From contig JBBAAI010000001.1 of assembly GCA_041658325.1 (NCBI GenBank), positions 154,869-218,868 of the forward strand: a DNA stretch of 64,000 nucleotides. The letters are read 5' to 3'. The first letter of the stretch is position 1. Each line of letters begins with the position of its first letter. The notes below the pieces were generated by a model, which saw only the letters and a program-made list of their open reading frames with translations, did no database searches and was not told the origin of the DNA. The position numbers and the translations under genes are program-made. This document shows, in pieces, positions 19,482 through 29,249 of the stretch. This DNA comes from Minisyncoccota bacterium. GTDB lineage: Bacteria > Patescibacteriota > Minisyncoccia > Phycocordibacterales > UBA9973.

Positions 19482-19957
19482 TGAAAAAACAAACGAATAT
19501 TTTAATATTGCATGATATCCGAAGTGTGGAGAACGTCGGGGCGATATTTCGTACAGCCGACGCGGCGGGGATAGATAAGATTTATTTGACTGGTTACACT
19601 CCAGCGCCGCTTGATAGATTTGGTAGAAAAAGAAAAGATTTAGCAAAGTCTGCGCTCGGGGCAGAGGAGTTTGTCCCATGGGAACAAAAGAAAAATATAT
19701 TAACCCTGCTCTCAAAATTAAAACGAGAAAAATATAAAATTATTGCGATAGAGCAAGATAAAAATTCAGTTGATTACAAGAAAGTAAAAACAGGGGAGAG
19801 AAATGCTTTCATTGTTGGTACTGAAGTTTCTGGCATTCCTAAAAATATTCTCAAAAAGTGCGATATAATCGCCGAAATCCCAATGCGAGGTAAAAAAGAA
19901 TCCTTAAATGTCTCTGTCGCCACTGGAATAGTTTTATTTAGAGTGCTTGGTGTGTAG
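19481..19957 (+). CDS. SpoU/TrmH family RNA methyltransferase
   Basis: NVGAIFRTADA, GTEVSG, IPMRGKKESLNVSVA. Confidence 0.92.
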   Translation: MKKQTNILILHDIRSVENVGAIFRTADAAGIDKIYLTGYTPAPLDRFGRKRKDLAKSALGAEEFVPWEQKKNILTLLSKLKREKYKIIAIEQDKNSVDYKKVKTGERNAFIVGTEVSGIPKNILKKCDIIAEIPMRGKKESLNVSVATGIVLFRVLGV

Positions 19958-20792
19958 AACAAAAATGCGCGCTGCGAGAATTGAGAATGATTCTTTTTAT
20001 TATTCCTTTGCAGCCTTTCTTTCTACATTTTTCTCCTGTGCGGCGGTAAGCTTCGTGGTGTAGTTGGAATTTTCCGGGTAAACCATAAATATTTTTGTAA
20101 TCCGACATTGAGTCCCCACCGAAATCTATGCCTTTCTTTAGTGTTTCTTTTATTGCTTTATATATTAATTTTAATTCCTCATTTTTAATTCGAGAGACTT
20201 TCCTCTCCGGATGCACACCAGCGCGCCAAAGAACTTCATCGGAATAAATATTGCCTATGCCGGCAATAATACCTTGATCCATTAAAACGGTTTTAATTTT
20301 GCCGTTTGGTTTTTTATTTAAGCATTCTTTTAGTTTTTCTAAAGTGAATTTCTTATCTAGCGGTTCGGGGCCAACAGTATTTAAATGTTTGCTGTCATGA
20401 GCAATTTTGGTGTCTAGTAAGATAACTTTTCCAAATTTTCTTATATCTGAAAGCACTAAGTAATTTTTATTTGATAGAGAAAAGACAACATGAGCATATT
20501 TAATTTTTGGGTCTTTGCCGTAAAAGAGGTAGCCAGTCATTTTTAGGTGTACTAGGATTGTCTTATCCTCAGAAAGGTTTATTAAAATATTTTTTGCTCG
20601 CCTTTCTGCTGAAATTATTTTTCTATTTAAAACTTGTTTTTTAAATATAGGAAAATATTTTGGGTCAGCGATGGTGCCCTTTTTTCGCTTATCCTTGGTG
20701 GATAAATCGGTCCAAACGTCTTTTATAGTAAGGTTCACCACGGTTTTCCGCAGGCCACGTACAGTTGTCTCTACCTCAGGTAACTCTGGCAT
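19938..20792 (-). CDS. mutM: Formamidopyrimidine-DNA glycosylase
   Basis: MPELPEVET, HLKMTG, GIGNIYSDE, C-terminal zinc finger. Confidence 0.95.
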   Translation of the reverse strand: MPELPEVETTVRGLRKTVVNLTIKDVWTDLSTKDKRKKGTIADPKYFPIFKKQVLNRKIISAERRAKNILINLSEDKTILVHLKMTGYLFYGKDPKIKYAHVVFSLSNKNYLVLSDIRKFGKVILLDTKIAHDSKHLNTVGPEPLDKKFTLEKLKECLNKKPNGKIKTVLMDQGIIAGIGNIYSDEVLWRAGVHPERKVSRIKNEELKLIYKAIKETLKKGIDFGGDSMSDYKNIYGLPGKFQLHHEAYRRTGEKCRKKGCKGIIKRIILNSRSAHFCSTHQAL

Positions 20793-20806
20793 GCTATTAT
20801 CATACT

Positions 20807-21640
20807 ATGAGAAGAATATTATTAACATTTTTAATTTTTGGTCTTTTTTTAACGCCAGTGTTTTTTGTACGCGCGGCAGAGCCGATCAAAATTCTCTTAG
20901 TTCCAGGGCACGATAATGAGATTTGGGGCGCGCAATATGGAAATATTAAAGAGGCGAACATGAACCTTGCTTTAGCTACTAGAATTTATAATCTTTTGAA
21001 GAAAGATAAACGGTTTGTAATATATATTACTCGAGATGAAAATGGATACACGAAAGAGTTTGCAGATTATTTTGCTAATCATCGGGAAGCTATTTTAGCT
21101 TTTAAAGAAAATGCTAAAAAGGAAATGCAAAGTAAAATTACTAATAGTATTTTTGTTCAAAAAGAAAATGTTTTTCACAATACTGTTTCAGAAAATACTG
21201 CGATAATTTTATACGGAATCAATAAATGGGCAAATGAGAATAAAATGGATGCAGTTATTCATATTCATTTTAATGATTATCCTAGGGCGCAAAAATGGAC
21301 GGTGGGGAAATATAAAGGTTTTGCTATTTATATGCCAGACGGACAGCTGGCAAATTGGAAAGAGAGTGGACAGCTTGCCGCAGATATTTTTACTCAGTTA
21401 AGAAAAAAATATATTGCTAGTACTTATGAAAAAGAATTAGGTGGATTAGTTTCAGACCAAAAACTAATAGCCTTAGGTTCTAATGGGACACTTCTTTCTA
21501 GTGTTCGTTCTGTTTTAATAGAGTATAAATATGTTTATGAAAAAATATTACGAACCAAAGCTACTCGCTTAAAGGCGTATGACAATATGGCCAGTCTTAC
21601 TGTACAGGGAATAAAGAATTATTTTTCCCCTCGGCCGTAG
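20807..21640 (+). CDS. N-acetylmuramoyl-L-alanine amidase (Amidase_3) with signal peptide
   Basis: Signal peptide, LLVPGH..E, IHIHFN, SVLIEY. Confidence 0.82.
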   Translation: MRRILLTFLIFGLFLTPVFFVRAAEPIKILLVPGHDNEIWGAQYGNIKEANMNLALATRIYNLLKKDKRFVIYITRDENGYTKEFADYFANHREAILAFKENAKKEMQSKITNSIFVQKENVFHNTVSENTAIILYGINKWANENKMDAVIHIHFNDYPRAQKWTVGKYKGFAIYMPDGQLANWKESGQLAADIFTQLRKKYIASTYEKELGGLVSDQKLIALGSNGTLLSSVRSVLIEYKYVYEKILRTKATRLKAYDNMASLTVQGIKNYFSPRP

Positions 21641-21669
21641 AACGACCACGGGTGAGGCAAGAAATAATA

Positions 21670-22236
21670 TTATTTTCCTCCTAATTTTTTTAATGCTTCA
21701 CGGATTTTAGTATTGGTATTCGTTTCAGGAGAGATGTTTTTTAACGCTTCACGGGCTTCGCTTTGAGAATAACCAAGCGATTTTAAAGCTTCTAGAGCAT
21801 CTAACTCTCCCTGCAAAGAATCGTCTTCTTTTTCTTTACCTATTTTGTCGCGTAATTCAATTATAATTTTTTCTGCAGTTTTCTTTCCAATACCAGATAT
21901 TTTTGTAAGATAACTTATGTCACCTGTTCCGACAGCTTTCTTTAATGTTTTGATCGAAGCAACTCCTAAAATTGACAGAGCTCCTTTTGGTCCAATGCCA
22001 GATACATTAATAAGCATCTCAAAAAATTCTAGTTCCGAGTGGTCTAAAAATCCATATAAATCAAAAGCGTCTTCGCGAACGTGTGTATAAATCCAAAGCG
22101 ATATTTTATCATCTGCTTTTTGGGTTTTGGACAACACATCAGGGGAGACATTTATTTTATATCCCACTCCACCAGTTTCAACAATCAGAAACTTTTCTGT
22201 TTTTAACGTTATTATTCCTTTTATACTACCAATCAT
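21670..22236 (-). CDS. ruvA: Holliday junction DNA-binding protein RuvA
   Basis: GVGY, HVRED..LYGF, VSGIGPKGA, GIGKKTAEKI, ALKSLGY. Confidence 0.96.
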   Translation of the reverse strand: MIGSIKGIITLKTEKFLIVETGGVGYKINVSPDVLSKTQKADDKISLWIYTHVREDAFDLYGFLDHSELEFFEMLINVSGIGPKGALSILGVASIKTLKKAVGTGDISYLTKISGIGKKTAEKIIIELRDKIGKEKEDDSLQGELDALEALKSLGYSQSEAREALKNISPETNTNTKIREALKKLGGK

Positions 22237-22311
22237 AAATTAATCATAGCATATTTGTCTTATCACGACAGGGATTGCGTTTTTCTGTTTTTTCTGTTAA
22301 ATTGAACATAT

Positions 22312-22563
22312 ATGCCAATAACACAATCAGCTAAAAAAGCAATCCGAGGATCACTTCGCAAGAAGGCTTTTAATGATCAACGCAAGAAGATTATGAAAGA
22401 GATAATAAAAAAGATTGAAAAAATTGCCAAGACGGACAAGGCAGAAGCAATCAAAATGCTCTCAACTGCTTTTCAGGCGATAGATAAAAGCGCTCAAAAA
22501 GGGGTAATCAAGAAAAACAACGCTGCTCGTAAGAAAGCTAGACTTTCAAGGTTGGTTAAATAA
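22312..22563 (+). CDS. rpsT: 30S ribosomal protein S20
   Basis: MPITQSAKKAIR, KGVIKKNNAARKKARL. Confidence 0.95.
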   Translation: MPITQSAKKAIRGSLRKKAFNDQRKKIMKEIIKKIEKIAKTDKAEAIKMLSTAFQAIDKSAQKGVIKKNNAARKKARLSRLVK

Positions 22564-22579
22564 TTTTAATTAAATTTTC

Positions 22580-22843
22580 ATGAATAATCTTTTAGAATTT
22601 TATGGAACAGAATGTCCTCATTGTGTGAGTATGCACGAGCTGGTGGAGCGTTTAGAAAAAGAAGAAGGAATAAAAATTGAAAGTTTGGAAGTTTGGCACA
22701 ATAAAGAGAATGAAAAGCGTTTACTTGAATTAGACAAAGATTTTTGTGGAGGAGTGCCTTTTTTCTATAATTTGAAAACTAACAAATGGATTTGCGGAGA
22801 AGAAAGCTATGAGAATTTAAAAAACTGGGCGCAAAATAAATAA
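22580..22843 (+). CDS. Thioredoxin/glutaredoxin-like protein
   Basis: CPHC redox motif, GVPFF cis-Pro loop. Confidence 0.85.
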   Translation: MNNLLEFYGTECPHCVSMHELVERLEKEEGIKIESLEVWHNKENEKRLLELDKDFCGGVPFFYNLKTNKWICGEESYENLKNWAQNK

Positions 22844-22878
22844 AACAAAAAAAGCCCCTCTCGGGGCTTTTTTTGTTT
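22842..22878. terminator. Bidirectional intrinsic terminator
   Basis: A-run, GCCCC-TCTC-GGGGC, T-run between convergent genes. Confidence 0.85.
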
Positions 22879-22886
22879 AGAGAATA

Positions 22887-23084
22887 TTACGCACGTTGTA
22901 CGTTTGTAGCATTCAATCCTTTTGGTGATTCCTCTGTTTCAAAAGAAACAGTATCACCTTCTTTGAGCTCATCAAAGGTTACTCCAACAAGAGAATTACT
23001 ATGAAAGAATAAATCTTTCTGTAGTCCTTCTGCTGTGATGAAGCCGAAACCTTTATCAGTGAGTCTTTTTATTGTACCAGTCAT
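22887..23084 (-). CDS. Cold-shock protein
   Basis: KGFGFIT (RNP1), LFFHSN (RNP2), KGLNATNV. Confidence 0.95.
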   Translation of the reverse strand: MTGTIKRLTDKGFGFITAEGLQKDLFFHSNSLVGVTFDELKEGDTVSFETEESPKGLNATNVQRA

Positions 23085-23245
23085 TGATTTTTTTGTTTAA
23101 GTTATTAAATTACAAATAAGATTACTTTAGAAATCGACTCTTTTCGCACCTACTTTGTATATCAAGTATAGTATATTGTGGTCGATTTGTCAAGCAAGCA
23201 CACAACGACCTTTCTATTTTAACGCAAATAGGCTAATCTGTGTTG

Positions 23246-24751
23246 ATGTCTAAGGAAGCAAAAGGAATAAGAAAAAACCCAAAAACAAAAGAAACAATAG
23301 TTAGATTTGATAAAGTCTCATTTGAATGGGGCGTAAATAAACCTATTTTAGACGAGGTAAGTTTTACTATTAGACGAGGAATGAAATTCACTTTAATGGG
23401 ACAAAACGGTGCTGGAAAAAGTACTATTTTTGGCTTGATTTCTAATACATGTTTTCCTGAATCTGGAATTATTAATATTGTTAATGGGGTTAGCATCGCT
23501 TCGGCATTACAAGTAATTCCACGTGACCAGCTAAACTTAACTGTGCGAGAATTTTTTGCAAAATGTTTTAAACATAAGGTTTATGATATTGATCCTAAAA
23601 TTGATGATGTTTTAGAAGTAGTGAATTTAAAGGGGCATACAAAAGTCCACGATAAAGTAATTAAAACTTTTTCTGGAGGACAACAAGCTCGACTGCTCCT
23701 CGCTTCAGCTTTAATTCAAGATCCAGATTTATTATTATTAGACGAGCCAACAAACAATCTGGATAGGGCAGGGATAGAGCACTTAACAAAATTTTTAATT
23801 AATTATAAAAAAACAGTTTTGGTTATTTCTCATGATGCAGAATTTTTGAACGCTTTTACTGAAGGAGTGCTTTATTTAGATGTTTATACAAAAAAGATTG
23901 AACAATATGTTGGAAATTATTTTGATGTAGTAAAAGATATTACTGCTCGGGTGGAAAAGGAAAATATGAAAAATGCTCAGTTACAAAAAGAAATTCAAGC
24001 CAAAAAAGATCAAGCCAATGTATTCGCCTATAAGGGTGGAAGGTTGCGACTAGTCGCAAAACGAATGCGAGAAAAAGCAGAAGAACTAGAAGAAGAAATT
24101 GTGGATGTGCGGAAAGAAGATAAATCTATTGGGCCTTTTATTATTCCCAGTCAGCCTGATTTAATTGGAGAAATTTTAAATATTTCTTCTTTTACAACGA
24201 TGAAGAATGGAAAAATTATAAAACATAAAGCTAAAATATCTTTAAATAAAAATAAACATTTACTTTTACGAGGGCCAAATGGCGTCGGTAAAACCACTTT
24301 ATTGGAGAGATTAGCTAGTGGCCATGCAGATGGAGAAAAAGTGTCCGAGGGAATACGTATTGGATATTATCGGCAAGATTTTTCTACTCTTAATTTTGAA
24401 GATACGGTTTACCAATCTTTAGCACAATCGATGAAAGATGGCGGAGAAAGATTAGATGAAGAAAAAATGCGTTCTATTGCTGCTGGATTTTTAATTACAG
24501 GAGAATTTATTCGTACAAAAATAGGAGATCTTTCAGAAGGGCAAAAAGGCCTAGTTGCCTTTGCGAGATTGGTTTTACAAAAACCAGGACTTTTAATATT
24601 AGACGAACCGACTAATCATATAAATTTTCGTCATTTGCCAATTGTCGCGCAAGCGCTAGATAAATATGTTGGGGCGATGATTCTTGTTTCTCACGTGCCA
24701 GAATTTGTAAAACAAATTAGGATTGATGAAGTATTGGATCTAGAAAAGTAA
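23246..24751 (+). CDS. ABC-F family ATPase
   Basis: Two ABC domains (GQNGAGKST, GPNGVGKTT, LDEPTN twice), no TM segments. Confidence 0.9.
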   Translation: MSKEAKGIRKNPKTKETIVRFDKVSFEWGVNKPILDEVSFTIRRGMKFTLMGQNGAGKSTIFGLISNTCFPESGIINIVNGVSIASALQVIPRDQLNLTVREFFAKCFKHKVYDIDPKIDDVLEVVNLKGHTKVHDKVIKTFSGGQQARLLLASALIQDPDLLLLDEPTNNLDRAGIEHLTKFLINYKKTVLVISHDAEFLNAFTEGVLYLDVYTKKIEQYVGNYFDVVKDITARVEKENMKNAQLQKEIQAKKDQANVFAYKGGRLRLVAKRMREKAEELEEEIVDVRKEDKSIGPFIIPSQPDLIGEILNISSFTTMKNGKIIKHKAKISLNKNKHLLLRGPNGVGKTTLLERLASGHADGEKVSEGIRIGYYRQDFSTLNFEDTVYQSLAQSMKDGGERLDEEKMRSIAAGFLITGEFIRTKIGDLSEGQKGLVAFARLVLQKPGLLILDEPTNHINFRHLPIVAQALDKYVGAMILVSHVPEFVKQIRIDEVLDLEK

Positions 24752-25397
24752 CCAACTCTTCACCTTTTATTTCTCTTAAGCCACCTGGTTTCAAAGTACC
24801 GAGTTTTATATTCATTATTCTTTCTCGTTTTAGGTCGGCGATTTTTTGGAAGAGGGCAGAGCACATTCTACGGATTTGGTGTTTTTTCCCTTCAATTAAA
24901 GTTACCTTAAAAGAATTCTCGTTTAAAATTTTTACTTTGCATGGTTTAGTTTGATATCCTTCAATGTTTACTCCGGCTTCCATTTTCTTTTTAAAACTAG
25001 AACGTAGCTTGTTAGAGGTTCTGACAATATATTCCTTTTCGTGAAAATATTTTGGGTTTAATATCTGGTCTGTAATTCGTCCATCATTAGTTAATATTAA
25101 AAGCCCATGAGAATTTTTATCTAATCGTCCCAGTGGGAAAAGGTCTTCTCGTGGAGAATTTGTTTCAATTCCGATTGGTTTATTGTAAGCAAAATATTTA
25201 TAATCTTTTTCTTTTGCTCCTTTTATTTCTACAATATCTTTTTCACTTACCTTGCTACCAAGAATTGCTAATTTCCCATTAATAAATACCTTTTTGTTTG
25301 TAATTAATTCGTCAGCTCCTCTTCTGGTAGATATTTTCTTAAAGGCAAGATATTTATTAATTCGCATTGGGAATAATGTTGTTGGGTTTTCTTTCAT
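24717..25397 (-). CDS. RsuA/RluB/RluF family pseudouridine synthase
   Basis: S4 domain (RINKYLA..SRRGAD-like), GRLDKNSHGL, EGKKHQIRRM. Confidence 0.92.
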   Translation of the reverse strand: MKENPTTLFPMRINKYLAFKKISTRRGADELITNKKVFINGKLAILGSKVSEKDIVEIKGAKEKDYKYFAYNKPIGIETNSPREDLFPLGRLDKNSHGLLILTNDGRITDQILNPKYFHEKEYIVRTSNKLRSSFKKKMEAGVNIEGYQTKPCKVKILNENSFKVTLIEGKKHQIRRMCSALFQKIADLKRERIMNIKLGTLKPGGLREIKGEELVTFLDPILHQS

Positions 25398-25469
25398 AAC
25401 ATTAATATAACATAAAAAGGACTCCAGCCTGCGCCAAAGTCCTTTTTATTATTAATTTATAATTTTATT

Positions 25470-27320
25470 TTATTTTATTGTAGTGGTAGTGGTTTTTTTG
25501 CTAAAAGGTTGGCCAGGTTGACCGAAAAGATATTTAGCAATAAGCACTAATACTAGAATGAGAATAAGCAATAGAAGCCATCCGAAAAGATTTGTCGGAA
25601 GAAAACCAGCCCAGAAGACATTCGCCCCAAGGGAGATTTTGTCATTTGCTGGATCGCTCCAAACTTGTGCGGAGACGTTGGCGTTTACTGATTGAACTTG
25701 ACCAGAAGGATCGATGTAAGAGAGAGTAGCAGGGAAGTTTAAGTTTGTTCCAGCTGGAATATTTTCTCTTACTCGTACTCTCACAGTAACTGTACCTTGG
25801 CCATTTGCTCTAAGTGTTCCTAGATTAAAGACTAAAGTATTGCCAGAAATAATTGGATTGCTTGGAGTTGAGAACATATAATCTACTTCATAAGGAAGAT
25901 TCATTCTCAAAGTAAGTCCAGTTATAGAAGCAGTTCCTATGTTTTGGTAATTTACTGTGTAATTGATTTCATCTCCTGGGCGTGGTCTGGTGTTGTCGAT
26001 TGTAGGAACAATTGGTTGATTGCGATCAATAGAAGAATTGATAAGGACAAGCGAGGTTGGAATAACGGGGTTTGTGTTACTTGCTCCTCGTACATTTATG
26101 GTTACCGAATCAGTATCAGATCCAAAAGCATTGCTACAGGTAATATTATAAGTTCTACTTCCTGTTAATGATCCAGTGTAAAAAGATCCAGGGCCAATAC
26201 TTCTAGTTCCTACCCATCCATTTGATCCACCACTAGCATAACAAGATGTTGCGTTCGTAGTAATCCATCTTATCGTAGCTGCTCCGTTATAAGGAACGCT
26301 CGCTTGATCTGCGTAGAGTACAACTGTAGGTAAATTATTTACAGTATTATATCTACAAGGTAACGTACCTCCATAGTTAATAGCATTTACATCTTGGCAA
26401 ATATTATTTATTTGATTTACATACACTGTCGCTGAAGCATTAGCGGACTGCCCAGTACTGTTCGTACAAGTGACACTATAGTTGGTTGTATATGTTGGAT
26501 AAACTGTTTGAGATCCAGAAGTTGAGTTACTTCCACCCCATGAAGTCGAACAAGATGTTGCATTAGCTGAAGACCAGTTTAAAACTGAACTTTGACCAGA
26601 GGTAATACTTGTTGGATTAGAGTAAAGGAAGACGGTGGGTTGTGCGCTTTGATATCTACAAGGTAACGTACCTCCATAGTTAATAGCATTTACATCTTGG
26701 CAAATATTATTTATTTGATTTACATACACTGTCGCTGAAGCATTAGCGGACTGCCCAGTACTGTTCGTACAAGTGACACTATAGTTGGTTGTATATGTTG
26801 GATAAACTGTTTGAGATCCAGAAGTTGAGTTACTTCCACCCCATGAAGTCGAACAAGATGTTGCATTAGCTGAAGACCAGTTTAAAACTGAACTTTGACC
26901 AGAGGTAATACTTGTTGGATTGGCAGTAAGAGAAACAGTAGGAGTAGCTTGCTGACAAGCAGGCATAGTAAGACTTCTGATATTTAAAGCTTCTGTTCCA
27001 TAGTCGTTTGTAACTATAAGTCTGTAGTAGTATGTGGTGCTTTCAGAAAGACCAGAGATGTATTGTTCAATAGGAAAAGTTCCTTCTGTAGTAAAATACT
27101 GCATCGGAGTTGGAGTTCCTCCACCGTTTGCTACAGTATTATATGACGTATCATATTTAAATTGGGCTCTCGCTGGAGGAGTACCAGTAAAAACCGTACC
27201 AGTAATGGTAACACTATTACAGGTCAACGCAGATGCCGGAGTGGCAACAGCGAAAGAACCTAAGAGGGTAAAAATACCCAACATTAACCCGACCAAAAAT
27301 TTTATATTATTATTTTTCAT
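25470..27320 (-). CDS. Secreted/membrane-anchored surface protein with repeated Ig/PKD-like modules and a DUF11-like domain
   Basis: Signal peptide, Ser/Thr-rich beta repeats, PGDEINYTVNYQN, C-terminal TM helix plus basic tail. Confidence 0.8.
   Translation of the reverse strand: MKNNNIKFLVGLMLGIFTLLGSFAVATPASALTCNSVTITGTVFTGTPPARAQFKYDTSYNTVANGGGTPTPMQYFTTEGTFPIEQYISGLSESTTYYYRLIVTNDYGTEALNIRSLTMPACQQATPTVSLTANPTSITSGQSSVLNWSSANATSCSTSWGGSNSTSGSQTVYPTYTTNYSVTCTNSTGQSANASATVYVNQINNICQDVNAINYGGTLPCRYQSAQPTVFLYSNPTSITSGQSSVLNWSSANATSCSTSWGGSNSTSGSQTVYPTYTTNYSVTCTNSTGQSANASATVYVNQINNICQDVNAINYGGTLPCRYNTVNNLPTVVLYADQASVPYNGAATIRWITTNATSCYASGGSNGWVGTRSIGPGSFYTGSLTGSRTYNITCSNAFGSDTDSVTINVRGASNTNPVIPTSLVLINSSIDRNQPIVPTIDNTRPRPGDEINYTVNYQNIGTASITGLTLRMNLPYEVDYMFSTPSNPIISGNTLVFNLGTLRANGQGTVTVRVRVRENIPAGTNLNFPATLSYIDPSGQVQSVNANVSAQVWSDPANDKISLGANVFWAGFLPTNLFGWLLLLILILVLVLIAKYLFGQPGQPFSKKTTTTTIK
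26349..26921. repeat. Intragenic tandem duplication: 270-bp copies, 303-bp period
   Basis: 26349-26618 and 26652-26921 appear identical by eye. Confidence 0.9.
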
Positions 27321-27480
27321 ATTATTTTATTAATTAACCCACGCTTTTGGCGGGGCAAGTTATTAAAAGTGAAACTAATTTTTCACTCTCTAAAGATATG
27401 ACGTAGAAACAATGTTTTTATTTCATAGCTTTAGAGAGTGGAGGAGGGGAGCAATGCTCTCCCTCCTCACAACAGATGTC

Positions 27481-28296
27481 TCAGTAGTAATAACCGGTAT
27501 TTCCGCCGTATCCTCCGTTAGGAGGAACGTAGCCATTGGTGTACCCACCAGGGTTGTATCCAGTGGTGTATCCACCGGGGTTGTAACTGCCAGTGTATCC
27601 GCCTACAGTGTAACCGCCAGTGTATCCGCCCGGAGGTACCCCAGGACGAACATAAGGAGGCTGGACGTAATTGTTGTAGCTGTACCCTCCGCCTCCGCAT
27701 CCTCCGCCCAAAGAAATGGAGAGCGAAAAGGATTTTGTGGCTACTGGCGGAGGTGCATAAGCAACCTCGTTTCCATTGTGTCCGTTGTACCCATTGTACC
27801 CATTGTACCCATTGTACCCCGGGGGTCCTGGGTCGCCCTTTTCTCCTTTGTCGCCCTTTGGTCCTTGAGTAAGCTGTGTTTGGTTTACTGTTGGAACAGG
27901 GGCTTGAACCGATGCATGAGGATAGTGAACCTCATATACCGGGTTGCCGCATGCGTCGAGTGCATAGGGCTTCAAGGTTTTATCTCCGAGCACATCCCAC
28001 CGCAGAACTGCTCCGGTGAGCAGGATGACCCACTGCTTTCCGGCGGTGGTCAACATGTGGACCACCGCGTTGCTCTCCAGCGGGGCCGTGATCTTGTTGG
28101 TCCCGTTCACTGGATTGTTCTCCTTAAACCCAAAGTACTTGGGCTCATAGGGGGTAAAGTTTCCCGAGAGTAGGGCAGCGTCTGCCGCCTCGCTGGTCGG
28201 AAACAGGTTGGGTTTGCTTTGAGCGCTGGCTGGCGCGCTCATCAGGGTGGCGACAACCGCCACGAAAACCAACGACGCTACCAGTGCTTTTCTCAT
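27481..28296 (-). CDS. GC-rich secreted protein with collagen-like Gly-X-Y segment and Gly/Tyr-rich tail
   Basis: Signal peptide ending ASA-Q; GPKGDKGEKGDPGPPGYNGYNGYNGYNGHNG; GAGGAGGG SD 7 nt upstream. Confidence 0.8.
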   Translation of the reverse strand: MRKALVASLVFVAVVATLMSAPASAQSKPNLFPTSEAADAALLSGNFTPYEPKYFGFKENNPVNGTNKITAPLESNAVVHMLTTAGKQWVILLTGAVLRWDVLGDKTLKPYALDACGNPVYEVHYPHASVQAPVPTVNQTQLTQGPKGDKGEKGDPGPPGYNGYNGYNGYNGHNGNEVAYAPPPVATKSFSLSISLGGGCGGGGYSYNNYVQPPYVRPGVPPGGYTGGYTVGGYTGSYNPGGYTTGYNPGGYTNGYVPPNGGYGGNTGYYY

Positions 28297-28446
28297 CTTA
28301 AGCCCTCCTCAGGCTATTATTACTACTTTTTTGGTGTGCGATGCGGAGAGAGTCTCCACATCTCTTTCGTCTAAGATTGTATCATACACCCATAATAATG
28401 TCAAGTGCTATGTAGACAAATAGTTTATGTGTGTTTTTATGAATTG

Positions 28447-28518
28447 TGCCTCCGGCAGGAATCGAACCTGCATCATAACTTCCGCAAAGTTACGTCCTAT
28501 CCATTGAACGACGAAGGC
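28447..28518 (-). tRNA. tRNA-Arg(GCG)
   Basis: Reverse complement GCCTTCG..TAACT-TTGCGGA-AGTTA..GGTTCGATTCC..CGGAGGCA. Confidence 0.92.
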
Positions 28519-28585
28519 AAAACAACTTATAATTGAAGATTATCAGTTTTTTAAAAAAAGTCTAATAAATTTTAAGTTAAACAAT

Positions 28586-29080
28586 CTAGAATCCTAAAAC
28601 TTCCATGATTTTTTCTGAAGGATGTTCTTTCATTTCAATCTCTGCAATATTTTTTGAAATCATTATTGAATGAATTTCCGTTGCGATAGTTTCGTCTATT
28701 GGGATTGAAAGTATTGGCATAAAGACTCTCTCTAAATTTATAAAAAGAGTTGGTTTTAGCTTAGTTTCTCCTGATGTGTCTAATTGAACCCAAAAAGATT
28801 TTATATTTTCATAAGGACAAAGACGATTTCTGATTTTTAGTCCCTTGGTGTTTAACTCATAGTTAACAATGTCTGGTTTTTTAATTGCAAAAAAGCCTAG
28901 CAAGACTCCCGAGAGTAAAAGAAGCGCTGCAAAAAAATAATTGGCAAAAATAATGGAAGCGATTGAGCTCGTAGCAACAATAATTCCAAGAGCCCAAAAC
29001 CAATCTTGGCTTCTTTCCTTTTCTTCGTATTCTAAAGCGGACCAAGACAATCGATTATTTGAGTTTTCGTTTACATTCAT
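28586..29080 (-). CDS. Hypothetical membrane protein (two N-terminal TM helices)
   Basis: 164 aa, WSALEYEEKER..WFW followed by two hydrophobic helices. Confidence 0.7.
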   Translation of the reverse strand: MNVNENSNNRLSWSALEYEEKERSQDWFWALGIIVATSSIASIIFANYFFAALLLLSGVLLGFFAIKKPDIVNYELNTKGLKIRNRLCPYENIKSFWVQLDTSGETKLKPTLFINLERVFMPILSIPIDETIATEIHSIMISKNIAEIEMKEHPSEKIMEVLGF

Positions 29081-29156
29081 AAATTAATTATACCAAACTA
29101 TGCACAAAGATGTCTATGTAAAACAATATAATAAAACTTATAGTTTCGAAAATTTG

Positions 29157-29243
29157 CGGAGGCGGTGAGATTCGAACTCACGGACCCCGTAAAGAGTCTC
29201 TTGTTTTCAAGACAAGTGCCTTCAACCACTCAGCCACGCCTCC
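29157..29243 (-). tRNA. tRNA-Ser(TGA)
   Basis: GGAGGCG acceptor, anticodon loop CTTGAAA, long variable arm. Confidence 0.95.
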
Positions 29244-29249
29244 GTAAGA

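Noticed and set aside
27775-27820. 9-bp tandem repeats (TTGTACCCA) as a CRISPR or regulatory array
   Set aside because: They encode the GYN repeats; no spacers. No CRISPR array or cas gene was seen anywhere in the window
27412-28173. 253-aa + strand ORF with VPI repeats
   Set aside because: Antisense shadow of the collagen-like gene, which has the signal peptide and SD
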